Of a DNA stretch of 51,059 bases, positions 8,571 through 16,947 are shown piece after piece (the first letter of the stretch is position 1; each line of letters begins with the position of its first letter). Source of the DNA: a virus; IMG/VR virus record IMGVR_UViG_3300028578_000001; one strand, written 5' to 3'. A program made the position numbers and the translations under genes. Below the pieces are notes generated by a model that was given only the letters and a program-made list of their open reading frames with translations, searched no databases and was not told where the DNA came from.

Positions 8571-9257
8571 ATGAGCCGCGTCGAGACGATAGGCGCCGCA
8601 ACGCTGTATCTCGGCGACTGCCGCGAGATTTTGCCGACGCTGGGCAAGGTCGATGCCGTCGTGACCGACCCGCCGTATGGGATCGCCAATACTGCTGGCG
8701 GCCCCGAGAGCAGGGCGCGCGAAAAGGGGGCTTACGGCGGTTCTTTTGATGACACGCAAGAATACGTGGCGACGGTCTGCAGGGATGTCATCGATAGATG
8801 CATCGACACAGTGGGCAGGGTCGCGCTTACGCCTGGTCGCACAAATATATGGCATTATCCGCCTGCCAATGACGTTGGTTGTTTCTACCAGCCCGCAGCA
8901 ACCGGCTGTTCTTTCTGGGGGCGTCCAACATGGCAGCCAATTTTGTTCTACGGGACAGCGCCGAACAATGGCGAGCAACTGCGGCCTCTCCACCATGTGC
9001 TGACGGAAGCAGCGGAGCCGAACGGGCATCCATGTCCCAAGCCGCTCAAGGCATGGAAGTGGCTGCTCAATAAGTCGTCGCGGGTAGGCGAAATCATTCT
9101 CGATCCCTTCATGGGCTCCGGCACCACCGGGGTCGCCGCTGTTCAGATGCAGCGAGACTTCATCGGGATTGAGTGTGAGCCTTCCTACTTCGACATCGCC
9201 TGCAAGCGCATTGAGGACGCTCAACGGCAAGGTTCCCTCTTCACGGAGGCCGCATGA
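8571..9257 (+). CDS. DNA methyltransferase, beta-class, DPPY motif (N6-adenine type)
   Basis: TDPPYGI and DPFMGSGTTGVA..IGIECE; both ends paralogous to 6436..7227. Confidence 0.85.
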   Translation: MSRVETIGAATLYLGDCREILPTLGKVDAVVTDPPYGIANTAGGPESRAREKGAYGGSFDDTQEYVATVCRDVIDRCIDTVGRVALTPGRTNIWHYPPANDVGCFYQPAATGCSFWGRPTWQPILFYGTAPNNGEQLRPLHHVLTEAAEPNGHPCPKPLKAWKWLLNKSSRVGEIILDPFMGSGTTGVAAVQMQRDFIGIECEPSYFDIACKRIEDAQRQGSLFTEAA

Positions 9258-9463
9258 TGTTCGGCTGGCGCAATCCGACCGACGAAGAATTGGCGCGGGC
9301 ATTGAGGCGAGCCATAGCGAAGGGGATTTGCGACAGCGCCGGAAACCCCATTTCTCGCGATAGCGGCAGCTTCCCGAAGGGCCGAGACCGGAGGGCTCGG
9401 GGCGAAGCCAAGCAGAGCGGCCCCCGTAGAGGGGCATCGCCCAACCTTAGGTCCCTCCCATGA
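9254..9463 (+). CDS. Hypothetical small protein whose 3' end runs into repeat copy 2
   Basis: ATGA overlap with the methyltransferase stop; C-terminal 36 aa are the translated repeat. Confidence 0.35.
   Translation: MMFGWRNPTDEELARALRRAIAKGICDSAGNPISRDSGSFPKGRDRRARGEAKQSGPRRGASPNLRSLP
9356..9446 (+). repeat. GC-rich two-hairpin repeat, copy 2
   Basis: CGCGATAG..CGAGACC-GGA-GGGCTCG..CCCC-GTAGA-GGGG..CATCGCCCAACC. Confidence 0.7.
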
Positions 9464-9657
9464 CCACAGTCTACGCAAGCACAGGGTCCGCCAGACCGAA
9501 GGCCCCAGTTCCAACCGAACGTCAGGTCCAGCGCGCCATCCTTGACATGATGGGGATAGCCTTTCCAGACGTCTTCGTGACGCACATCCCGAACGGCGCC
9601 CATCTGGCCGGCGGAGACGAAGCCAGGTTCAAGCAGATGGGTCAATCGACATGGTAA
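9460..9657 (+). CDS. VRR-NUC nuclease, N-terminal fragment (split gene)
   Basis: ERQVQRAILDMM..THIPNG..ARFKQMG matches the first half of VRR-NUC, then stops where the HNH ORF begins. Confidence 0.5.
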   Translation: MTTVYASTGSARPKAPVPTERQVQRAILDMMGIAFPDVFVTHIPNGAHLAGGDEARFKQMGQSTW

Positions 9658-10094
9658 CGCAGGCGAGCGCCCGTAAAAGTCGCTCAGAGGCGACCGAATA
9701 TCTGCGCCAGCGGACCGTTGAGCAAGATACGGGCTTTGATACGCCCTGCCGCGTTTGGCAGCTTTCGAGCACCCTCGGCTATGGCCGTGGTGCTGTACCG
9801 GGATTTGGGTATGTCCGCGTCCACCGCGCCGCCTACGAGCTCGCGCACGGCAGTATCCCAGCTGGACTGCACCTGGATCATAGGTGCCGCAATCGGCTGT
9901 GCTGCAACCCGGATCATCTTGAGGCGGTGACTCAAGCCGAGAACAATCGTCGTACTACCGGCATCCGCCGCAAGGCTAAGTTCTGCTTAAGGGGTCACCC
10001 TCGCACGCCAGAGAACATCCGGCAGCACAACCGCTCGTGCCGCCAGTGTCACAACGAGGATCAGCGCGCCCGTAAGGCCAGGAGCCGCGCATGA
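9651..10094 (+). CDS. HNH homing endonuclease (HNH_3-like)
   Basis: LHLDHRCRNRLCCNPDHLEAVTQAENNRR. Confidence 0.75.
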   Translation: MVTQASARKSRSEATEYLRQRTVEQDTGFDTPCRVWQLSSTLGYGRGAVPGFGYVRVHRAAYELAHGSIPAGLHLDHRCRNRLCCNPDHLEAVTQAENNRRTTGIRRKAKFCLRGHPRTPENIRQHNRSCRQCHNEDQRARKARSRA

Positions 10095-10444
10095 CTGGTT
10101 TCGCCGCCGAGCTTCCTATGCCTCCGAGCACGAACAACCTGTTCGCGACGTACAACGGTCGCCGGATCATTTCGCGCGACTATAAGGCGTGGAGAGAGGG
10201 GGCCGCTCGCAAAGCAATCACGGCGTGGCAGGCCGCTGGTGAGCCCAGCATCGGCAAGCCTTACGCTGTCAGCATTCGGCTCAACCTCAACCACAAAGGC
10301 GACATCTCGAATCGCATTAAGGCGATCGAGGATATCCTTGTCTCCACCATTCCCGGTTTCCCCGGAGACCAGTGGATAAACGACCTTCGCGTTATTCGCG
10401 ACCGCTCAATCGAGGCCGCCAGCGTCGAGGTGTGGACGCTATGA
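10091..10444 (+). CDS. rusA: RusA-family Holliday junction resolvase
   Basis: LPMPPSTNNLF..KGDISNRIKAIEDIL..DQWINDLRV. Confidence 0.75.
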   Translation: MTGFAAELPMPPSTNNLFATYNGRRIISRDYKAWREGAARKAITAWQAAGEPSIGKPYAVSIRLNLNHKGDISNRIKAIEDILVSTIPGFPGDQWINDLRVIRDRSIEAASVEVWTL

Positions 10445-10641
10445 ACCATGGCCGCGCCCTCATCGAGGTGAAGCGCCCCGGTTGCGCCAACCGTCTCTCT
10501 CCCGATCAGGTCAAGATCCACGCCCAGCTCAAGGAAATGGGTTTCGAACCCGCTGTAGTCACGACGACCGAACAGGCCTTCGCTCACCTCAGGGAGAGAG
10601 GGGCGCCTTGTGCCGTTCGGGACTGGAGGGAGGCGGCATAA
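10441..10641 (+). CDS. VRR-NUC nuclease, C-terminal fragment (split gene)
   Basis: ALIEVKRPGCANRLSPDQVKIHAQLKEMGFEPAVV (ExK core); same reading frame phase as 9460..9657. Confidence 0.55.
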   Translation: MNHGRALIEVKRPGCANRLSPDQVKIHAQLKEMGFEPAVVTTTEQAFAHLRERGAPCAVRDWREAA

Positions 10642-11243
10642 TGGCTTCCCTGTACACCATAACAACCTACGGCTGCCGGGAATATCTCCGGCGGGAGGGT
10701 CTGATAACCGAGGGGGAACTCATCCTCGTTGAGGCCCAGCGCATCGGTGTCGTAACCATCGATGAGATACAGACGCGAGTGGCAGAGCATTTTCAGATTC
10801 CGAAGGCGGAGATGACGTCGGCACGTCGAGACCGAGAAGTTGCCCGGCCGCGGCAAGTAGCGATGTACCTCTCAAAGCAACTTACGCCGCGGTCCATGCC
10901 CGAGATCGGCAGAAGGTTCGGCAAGAGAGATCACACTACCGCCATTCACGCGGTCAGGCAAATTGCGAGGCTGCGAGAAAAGGACCCGGAACTGAACCTT
11001 CATGTTAGAGCTCTGGTCGAACTTCTTTCGAAGCGCCGCCGGGCACCAGAGCCGTCACCGGCTCCCCCGCCCGAACCAGCAACAGAGCATGTCCAGCAGC
11101 CCCAACAGGCGGTGATCCAGCGTGCATGGTGCGATCAATGCAGCAATCTCGTTTGTTCCGCGGATGCTGCTCGCTGTGCCAGTCCCTGGTGCAAGCTAAA
11201 GGGTGCTGGCGCTGTTCGGCTTCGCAGGGAGGCGGCACGGTGA
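10641..11243 (+). CDS. DnaA domain-IV-like HTH protein (replication or regulation)
   Basis: REVARPRQVAMYLSKQLTPRSMPEIGRRFGKRDHTTAIHAVRQI; ATG 10641 in TAATG overlap. Confidence 0.7.
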   Translation: MASLYTITTYGCREYLRREGLITEGELILVEAQRIGVVTIDEIQTRVAEHFQIPKAEMTSARRDREVARPRQVAMYLSKQLTPRSMPEIGRRFGKRDHTTAIHAVRQIARLREKDPELNLHVRALVELLSKRRRAPEPSPAPPPEPATEHVQQPQQAVIQRAWCDQCSNLVCSADAARCASPWCKLKGAGAVRLRREAAR

Positions 11244-11884
11244 GGGAGACGCGCGCGATCATGTCCGATCTCGCCGACTCTGGCCTTTCGGCAGGCCAAC
11301 TGGCGTTGGTGATGGAACTGTCGGCGGCCCTTGCTGTGGAAGCGCGGCCTTCGGTCGACCATGCGGCTCAGCGTCGGCGGGGAAGAGATCGCGAATATCA
11401 AGCGGAGAAGCGGGTCGAGCGTCGGCAGAATCGGCAGATGTCGGCAGACTCCGCCGACGCCGCCCCTTCCTTTGATAAAAAGCCCCCAGACCCTGAAAAA
11501 TTAAATCTATCCCCATGTGTGCGAGAGACGCGCACGCGCGAGGATGGCTACCACCGGCTACCTGAAGGCTGGTCGCCAACGAAACCTCTGCCCCCCCGCA
11601 TTCAGGCCAAAGCTGATCAGTGGCCACCCGGCGCGCTGGAGGCCGAGCTGGCGCGGATGCACCTCTGGGCAGCGAACGCGAAGAACGAGCAGGGCAAGGG
11701 GCGAAAGCGAGACTGGGACAAGGCTTGGTGGAACTGGATCGAGAGGCGGCACGATGAACATTACGGACGATCGGGAAACGGCATGGGCAGACATCAACCC
11801 GCCGATGGTCTCAGCGCCACGCGCCGTGCTGCCATCAGCGTCTTCGGCCCGCCTTCAGCCGGCCACGTCGGACCGGTTTCGTGA
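11240..11884 (+). CDS. Hypothetical protein
   Basis: GTG 11240 in GTGA overlap, GGGAGG upstream; ORF 11126..11884. Confidence 0.5.
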   Translation: MRETRAIMSDLADSGLSAGQLALVMELSAALAVEARPSVDHAAQRRRGRDREYQAEKRVERRQNRQMSADSADAAPSFDKKPPDPEKLNLSPCVRETRTREDGYHRLPEGWSPTKPLPPRIQAKADQWPPGALEAELARMHLWAANAKNEQGKGRKRDWDKAWWNWIERRHDEHYGRSGNGMGRHQPADGLSATRRAAISVFGPPSAGHVGPVS

Positions 11885-12290
11885 CGAGCTCGAGGCTTGC
11901 CTGGCTCTGGTCGTTCCGGTCGGGATGGATGAGGCCGCCCGTCGCGAATGGCTGGCCATCGCATGGGAAACGCTCAAGCACTTGCCAGCCGACCTGCTCG
12001 CCGCCGGCTGTCGCAAGGCGCGCGAGGTCTCAGACCATCCGTCGAAGATCGTTCCCATCATCATTGCGGAAACCAGCGAGGCACTAGAGCGGCGGCGGCG
12101 ATCAGCGCAGCCAGCCAATCTTGAGCTGCCCGCGCCAGTGCGGCGGGATCTCATGCAATTCCGAGGACAGCCGATGTCGGAAGCCGACACCGAAGAGTTG
12201 AACCGCATACTTACCGACCTCAACGCGACAGCGCGCTATAGGCCGGACGGGTCACGGTACACCGTCGCCCAAGCCACGGGAGGAAGGTGA
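11754..12290 (+). CDS. Hypothetical protein
   Basis: ATG 11754 with GAGAGG upstream inside ORF 11517..12290; overlaps the previous ORF by 131 nt. Confidence 0.4.
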   Translation: MNITDDRETAWADINPPMVSAPRAVLPSASSARLQPATSDRFRDELEACLALVVPVGMDEAARREWLAIAWETLKHLPADLLAAGCRKAREVSDHPSKIVPIIIAETSEALERRRRSAQPANLELPAPVRRDLMQFRGQPMSEADTEELNRILTDLNATARYRPDGSRYTVAQATGGR

Positions 12291-12878
12291 ATGGGGGAGG
12301 TTTCAGCAATGAACGCGATCATGACCATCGACACGCTCAGCAGGCCGGCGCTAGCGCTCGATGTCCCGAAGGACCAAACCTTCGATCAGTGGGTCGCGAT
12401 GGGGCAAAGTCTAGCCGAGGGGCAGCGGGTTATCAGCTGGTGGATCGGCGATTGGTGGGCTGCTGGATCACATCGGTACGGGGAGCGGGCCAAGGCGGCA
12501 GCCGAGGGCATTTTCGGGCGAGAGTTCGGCGATCTGGCGAACATCGCGAGCGTCTGTCGATCCTTCGAAACTTCACGGCGCCGTGAACATCTGACGTTCA
12601 CTCATCACCGAGAGGTTGCCGCGCTCCCGCCGAAGGAAGCCGATGCGCTCCTAGATAGAGCGGAGACAGGCAGTCTCTCTACCCGCGAGCTCCGCGTCGA
12701 GGCGATGAAGCGAAAGGTCGCGCTCGGCATCTTCAAGCCCCGTGATCAAGTCGATGACGATCCCGACTATTACGCGATTAAGGGCATGGCCGCAGCGTGG
12801 AATCGCGGGAGCCGAGAAGCGCGCAAAGAGTTCGCCGACATGGTGGCGCAAAGCGATTTGGGGGTGATCGAGGCGTGA
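12291..12878 (+). CDS. Hypothetical protein
   Basis: ORF track. Confidence 0.55.
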   Translation: MGEVSAMNAIMTIDTLSRPALALDVPKDQTFDQWVAMGQSLAEGQRVISWWIGDWWAAGSHRYGERAKAAAEGIFGREFGDLANIASVCRSFETSRRREHLTFTHHREVAALPPKEADALLDRAETGSLSTRELRVEAMKRKVALGIFKPRDQVDDDPDYYAIKGMAAAWNRGSREARKEFADMVAQSDLGVIEA

Positions 12879-13138
12879 GTGCTCCGGCCAGAATTGTACC
12901 GGCCTGTCCGCCCGAATTCGCGGAGGAATTCGTCAGTGGCGGTTGGCGCCGTGTCGAGCGCCTGTACAATTGTCGCACCGATCTCCTGCTCAAATGGATC
13001 GAGATGTGTGGAGGCCCGGAACTGGATCAGCGCCGCAAGGATCACATGAAGGAGAACGGCGTGCGCCCATTCGGACCACGGGGCGGTAATGGGAGAAAAC
13101 CGCGTGGAGTAGAGATTGTCGGATGGCTGGATCGTTAA
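12875..13138 (+). CDS. Hypothetical protein immediately upstream of terS
   Basis: GTG 12875 in GTGA overlap; ORF 12797..13138. Confidence 0.45.
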   Translation: MSAPARIVPACPPEFAEEFVSGGWRRVERLYNCRTDLLLKWIEMCGGPELDQRRKDHMKENGVRPFGPRGGNGRKPRGVEIVGWLDR

Positions 13139-13722
13139 CCCCCAAACAGCAGCGCTTCGTTGACGAATACCTCATCGACCTGAACGCAACGCAGGCCGCG
13201 ATCCGTGCCGGCTATAGCGTCGCTACGGCAGAACAGCAGGCATCGAGGCTGTTGAGAAATGTTAAGGTGGCGGCTCTCGTGGCTGAGCGCCAAGCATCTA
13301 TCGCACGGAAGCTGGAAATCACTCAAGAACTGGTGGCCCGAGAGCTTGCTTTGCTGGGCTTCGCTAACATGCTGGATTACGTCAGCATCGGGGCTGAGGG
13401 TGACGCCTTCGTCGACCTGTCCGGTTTAACACGAGAGCAGGCGGCGGCGATCACAGAAGTGGTAGTGGAAGATTTTAAGGATGGCCGCGGCGAGGATGCG
13501 AGAGATGTTCGGCGGGTGAAGTTCAAATTGGCCGACAAGCGGGCCGCTCTCGTGGATCTTGGACGCCACCTCGGAATGTTCAAGGATCGGGTGGAGCACA
13601 CCGGTAAGGACGGCGGCCCCATCCAGACGGAGGAAGTGAGTGCAAGGGACGTGCTCCTCAGCCGAATTGCTGGCCTCGCTGACCGTGGCGGAGCGACAAG
13701 CGGCGATCGCAAGCCTCACTGA
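13123..13722 (+). CDS. terS: Terminase small subunit (Terminase_2/P27 type)
   Basis: LTPKQQRFVDEYLIDLNATQAAIRAGYS. Confidence 0.85.
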   Translation: MAGSLTPKQQRFVDEYLIDLNATQAAIRAGYSVATAEQQASRLLRNVKVAALVAERQASIARKLEITQELVARELALLGFANMLDYVSIGAEGDAFVDLSGLTREQAAAITEVVVEDFKDGRGEDARDVRRVKFKLADKRAALVDLGRHLGMFKDRVEHTGKDGGPIQTEEVSARDVLLSRIAGLADRGGATSGDRKPH

Positions 13723-14971
13723 GAGCCAGGCCAATGAGCTCGTCTGGGACTGGAGGTTCTGGGCTCGGCCGAAGCAACTGGCTCCTGTTGGTGATTGGTC
13801 TCTGTGGATCATTCGCGCCGGTCGTGGCTTTGGCAAGACGCGCTCGGGAAGCGGGTGGGTCCATGAGCGGGCGATAGACTATCCTGGTCGATGGATTGCG
13901 CTAGTGGCCAGAACTCCGGCCGATGCTCGCGATTACATGATTGAGGGGCCCGGGGGCATTCTGAAGAACACGGCACCTTGGGAACGGCCACGCTGGGAGC
14001 CGTCGAAGCGGCGCTTGACATGGCCGAACGAATCATGGGCGACAATCTACTCGGATGACGAGCCGGACCAGCTCCGTGGCTTTAGTGGTGATACGGCATG
14101 GTTGGACGAATTTGCCAAGTTCAAGAACGCCCGTGAAGGCTGGGACAATCTGCAGTTCGGTATGCGGGAAGCGTCGACTGATCGCCCGCGCCGACTGATC
14201 ACCACCACCCCGCGCCCGATCCCGATCCTGAGAGAATTGGAAAAGAAGGGCACCACCCGGGTGGTCATCGGGACCAGCCATGAGAATCGGGCCAATCTAG
14301 ACCCCTCTTGGTATCAGGAGACGATCCTCGACTACGAAGGGACCAGGCTGGGGCGGCAGGAGGTCAATGCCGAAATCTTAGACGATGTCCCTGGCGCACT
14401 TTGGACGATGGACATTATCGATGGGCCGGCCGATGCGCCGCGACGGGTAAAGGAGGCGCCGCAGTTGCGTCGGATCGTGGTGGCGGTCGATCCATCCGGT
14501 ACGAAGGGAGACGGAGAGGGGGATGATATCGGCATCGTCATTGCCGGCCTTGGGATGGATGGTCGCGGCTACGTGCTTGGCGACTGGACCTGCCAACTAT
14601 CGCCGGAAGGGTGGGGACGGAGGGCTATAGAGGCGTACCACAACTTCAAAGCTGATCGCGTCGTTGGAGAGAAGAATTTCGGCGGTGACATGGTGCGGTT
14701 CGTCATAACAACCGCGGACAGAAAGGTGCCGTACAAGGACGTAAGCGCTTCCCGGGGCAAGGCCGTCCGAGCCGAGCCGATCAGCGCGCTATATGAGCAA
14801 GGCAAGGTCAGCCACGTCGGCTCCTTCCCCGAGCTCGAGGACCAGATGTGCGCGATGACGGCTAGCGGTTATGTGGGCGAGGGATCACCGGACCGTGCTG
14901 ACGCGCTGGTCTGGGCTCTAACCGAGTTGATGCTAGGCGGCTCAAGCTACAACATCAGATCCCTAGTCTGA
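13640..14971 (+). CDS. terL: Terminase large subunit
   Basis: WRFWARPKQL.. Walker A GRGFGKTRSG; GTG start with GGAGGA 5 nt upstream. Confidence 0.85.
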   Translation: MQGTCSSAELLASLTVAERQAAIASLTESQANELVWDWRFWARPKQLAPVGDWSLWIIRAGRGFGKTRSGSGWVHERAIDYPGRWIALVARTPADARDYMIEGPGGILKNTAPWERPRWEPSKRRLTWPNESWATIYSDDEPDQLRGFSGDTAWLDEFAKFKNAREGWDNLQFGMREASTDRPRRLITTTPRPIPILRELEKKGTTRVVIGTSHENRANLDPSWYQETILDYEGTRLGRQEVNAEILDDVPGALWTMDIIDGPADAPRRVKEAPQLRRIVVAVDPSGTKGDGEGDDIGIVIAGLGMDGRGYVLGDWTCQLSPEGWGRRAIEAYHNFKADRVVGEKNFGGDMVRFVITTADRKVPYKDVSASRGKAVRAEPISALYEQGKVSHVGSFPELEDQMCAMTASGYVGEGSPDRADALVWALTELMLGGSSYNIRSLV

Positions 14972-15005
14972 CGGCGGTAAGCGGGCACAGTCCCCAAGCG
15001 TAACC
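14968..15005 (+). promoter_or_regulatory. CTGACGGCGGTAA motif copy 1 plus phased GTAA box
   Basis: TGA is the terL stop; GTAA at +31..34; portal ATG at +44, no SD. Confidence 0.6.
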
Positions 15006-15012
15006 TCAGCCA

Positions 15013-16947
15013 ATGGCCGAAATGCGCCTCCGCTCCGTCCGCGCCAAGGCCGGCTACACCCTGGACGGCCTCCGCAACGCGCTGACCGGGCTCGGCATGA
15101 CGGGCGATCCGACCTACGCCAATCGCTATGCCTTTTGCCCTTTAGGCCCGGAAGAGATCGAGGCGACCTACCGCGGCTCCGGCCTGATGCGAAAGGCGAT
15201 CAAGACTCGGGCCCTGGATACCATCCGAGCGGGACGGGACTGGCAGGCCGAGGCGGACCAGATCACGGCGATCGAGGCTGAGGAGCGTCGGCTGGGGCTC
15301 AAGGCCAAGTTGTACGAAGCCGAGCTGCTGAGGGCGCTCGGCGGAGGTGCGATGATCCTCGGCATTCCGGGGGAACCTTCCGCCCCGGCCCCTACCGTCG
15401 CCAAAAGTCGGCTCGGCTTCATTCAGGTCATGAATCGCTGGCAGCTTCAATCCCGCGACTGGATTTCCGACCCGACGAAGGAAGGTTATCCCGGCCCGGA
15501 AATGTGGCAAGTCCAGACCGTGCAGGGTGTGGTCGACGTCCACCCCAGCCGGGTCGTTTGTTTCCGCGGTCATCCGTTGCCGAACCTCATCGGCGCCGAT
15601 GAGGAGACTAGGTTCTGGGGCGAAAGCCGGATCGAGCAGATGCTCGGCGCGGTCCAGAACAGCGACACGGCGCAACAGGCATTCGCGGCCCTGATCTCAA
15701 AGGCCCGTTCCACGATTGTCGGTATTCCAGGCCTTACCGACCTCGTTTCGACACAGGATGGCGAGCGGACCGTGCGAGCCCGTATCGCGACCATGTTGCA
15801 GCTCGAAAGCATGTTCAACGCGATCATCCGGGATGCCGGCGACGGAACAGCGGGGGCCGGCGAGACGATCGAACATCGCCAAGTCAACTGGACCGGCATC
15901 CGCGACGTCATGTACGCCTTCGCCACTTTCGTCGCCGCGATGGCCGATATGCCGGTCACGCGGCTGCTTGGCTTGGCAGCTGAAGGCATGAACGCCAGTG
16001 GGGACAGCCAGCAAAAGGACTACCACAAGTCGATCGGCGCGGATCAGGATTTGTTTCTGTCGCCATGCCTCGATCAGATCGACGTGGCCCTTATCCCATC
16101 GGCGCTCGGCTCGCGACCGAAAGAGCTATGGTGGAAGCACGCGCCTCTCGACACCCCCAGCGAAGCGGAGGAGTCGACCAGGTTCAAGACCACCATGGAG
16201 GCTGTCGAGAAAGCGCAAACCACCGGTGCCATCCCGGATCGCGCGTTCGCCGAGGGCTTCCAGAATCTAGTCATCGAGAACGGGTGGTTGCCAGGCATCG
16301 AGGGCCCGCTGAACGACATGGGGGATGATGAACGCTACGGTCTCAATCCAGAGCCTGACCTAGCCGATCCTGCCAGGCTCGAGGCGGCGAACGAGAACGA
16401 GGCGGTCGAGGAATTAGAGCGGCGCGGCGCTATCAATGCCGACCAGGCGCGCGCCCTGCTCACCGATGCCCGTCCTCGGACCCTGTACGTCAGCCGCAAG
16501 CTGCTCAACGCCGATGAAGTGATCAGCTGGGCAAAGGGGCAGGGATTCACCACGACGCAGCCAGCCGAGGACATGCACGTCACGATCTGTTTCAGCCGCC
16601 AGCCTGTCGACTGGATGAAAGTCGGTGAGGCATGGAATGAGGACGAAAATGGCAGGATGACCGTCCATGCTGGCGGCCCTCGCGCCGTTGAGCCTTTGGG
16701 GGACAAGGGCGCTGTCGTGCTGCTGTTCGGCGCGTCCTCGCTTTCCTACCGCCATGAAGGGATCAAGCGCGAGACCGGGGCGAGTTTCGACTATAGCGAG
16801 TATCAACCGCACGTCACGATCACCTATGACGTCCCGCCGGATTTGGACCTCGAGAAGGTGAGGCCGTATCGCGGGAAGCTCGTCTTCGGACCGGAGATTT
16901 TCGAGGAGGTGAACGAGGATTGGGAGAAGGGGCTCGTCGAGGCATGA
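15013..16947 (+). CDS. Portal protein (DUF1073-like) with C-terminal 2H-phosphoesterase domain
   Basis: Position after terL and size; C-terminal ~155 aa carry two HxT motifs (HVT at 16576, HVT at 16810). Confidence 0.75.
   Translation: MAEMRLRSVRAKAGYTLDGLRNALTGLGMTGDPTYANRYAFCPLGPEEIEATYRGSGLMRKAIKTRALDTIRAGRDWQAEADQITAIEAEERRLGLKAKLYEAELLRALGGGAMILGIPGEPSAPAPTVAKSRLGFIQVMNRWQLQSRDWISDPTKEGYPGPEMWQVQTVQGVVDVHPSRVVCFRGHPLPNLIGADEETRFWGESRIEQMLGAVQNSDTAQQAFAALISKARSTIVGIPGLTDLVSTQDGERTVRARIATMLQLESMFNAIIRDAGDGTAGAGETIEHRQVNWTGIRDVMYAFATFVAAMADMPVTRLLGLAAEGMNASGDSQQKDYHKSIGADQDLFLSPCLDQIDVALIPSALGSRPKELWWKHAPLDTPSEAEESTRFKTTMEAVEKAQTTGAIPDRAFAEGFQNLVIENGWLPGIEGPLNDMGDDERYGLNPEPDLADPARLEAANENEAVEELERRGAINADQARALLTDARPRTLYVSRKLLNADEVISWAKGQGFTTTQPAEDMHVTICFSRQPVDWMKVGEAWNEDENGRMTVHAGGPRAVEPLGDKGAVVLLFGASSLSYRHEGIKRETGASFDYSEYQPHVTITYDVPPDLDLEKVRPYRGKLVFGPEIFEEVNEDWEKGLVEA

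Noticed and set aside
10372-10440. The upstream part of ORF 10372..10641 (..GRQRRGVDAM..) as the missing G-x-PD segment of VRR-NUC
   Set aside because: This stretch overlaps the conserved C-terminus of RusA in another frame and lacks the Pro. The similarity is too weak to separate from chance.
14969-14980. Reading the motif TGA-CGG-CGG-TAA as a tandem in-frame stop designed for TGA readthrough
   Set aside because: Readthrough would add only two or three residues. Two copies are read in another frame as D-G-G-N. It also does not explain the phased GTA box or the fixed +44 spacing to the next ATG. It cannot be excluded as a secondary property.
14968-15005. Interpreting CTGACGG as the alphaproteobacterial housekeeping -35 element (TTGACGS type)
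   Set aside because: No -10-like element lies 16-18 nt downstream of that hexamer in any copy. The conserved downstream box lies about 24 nt away, which fits better with the GGTAAG part of the motif as the upstream element.
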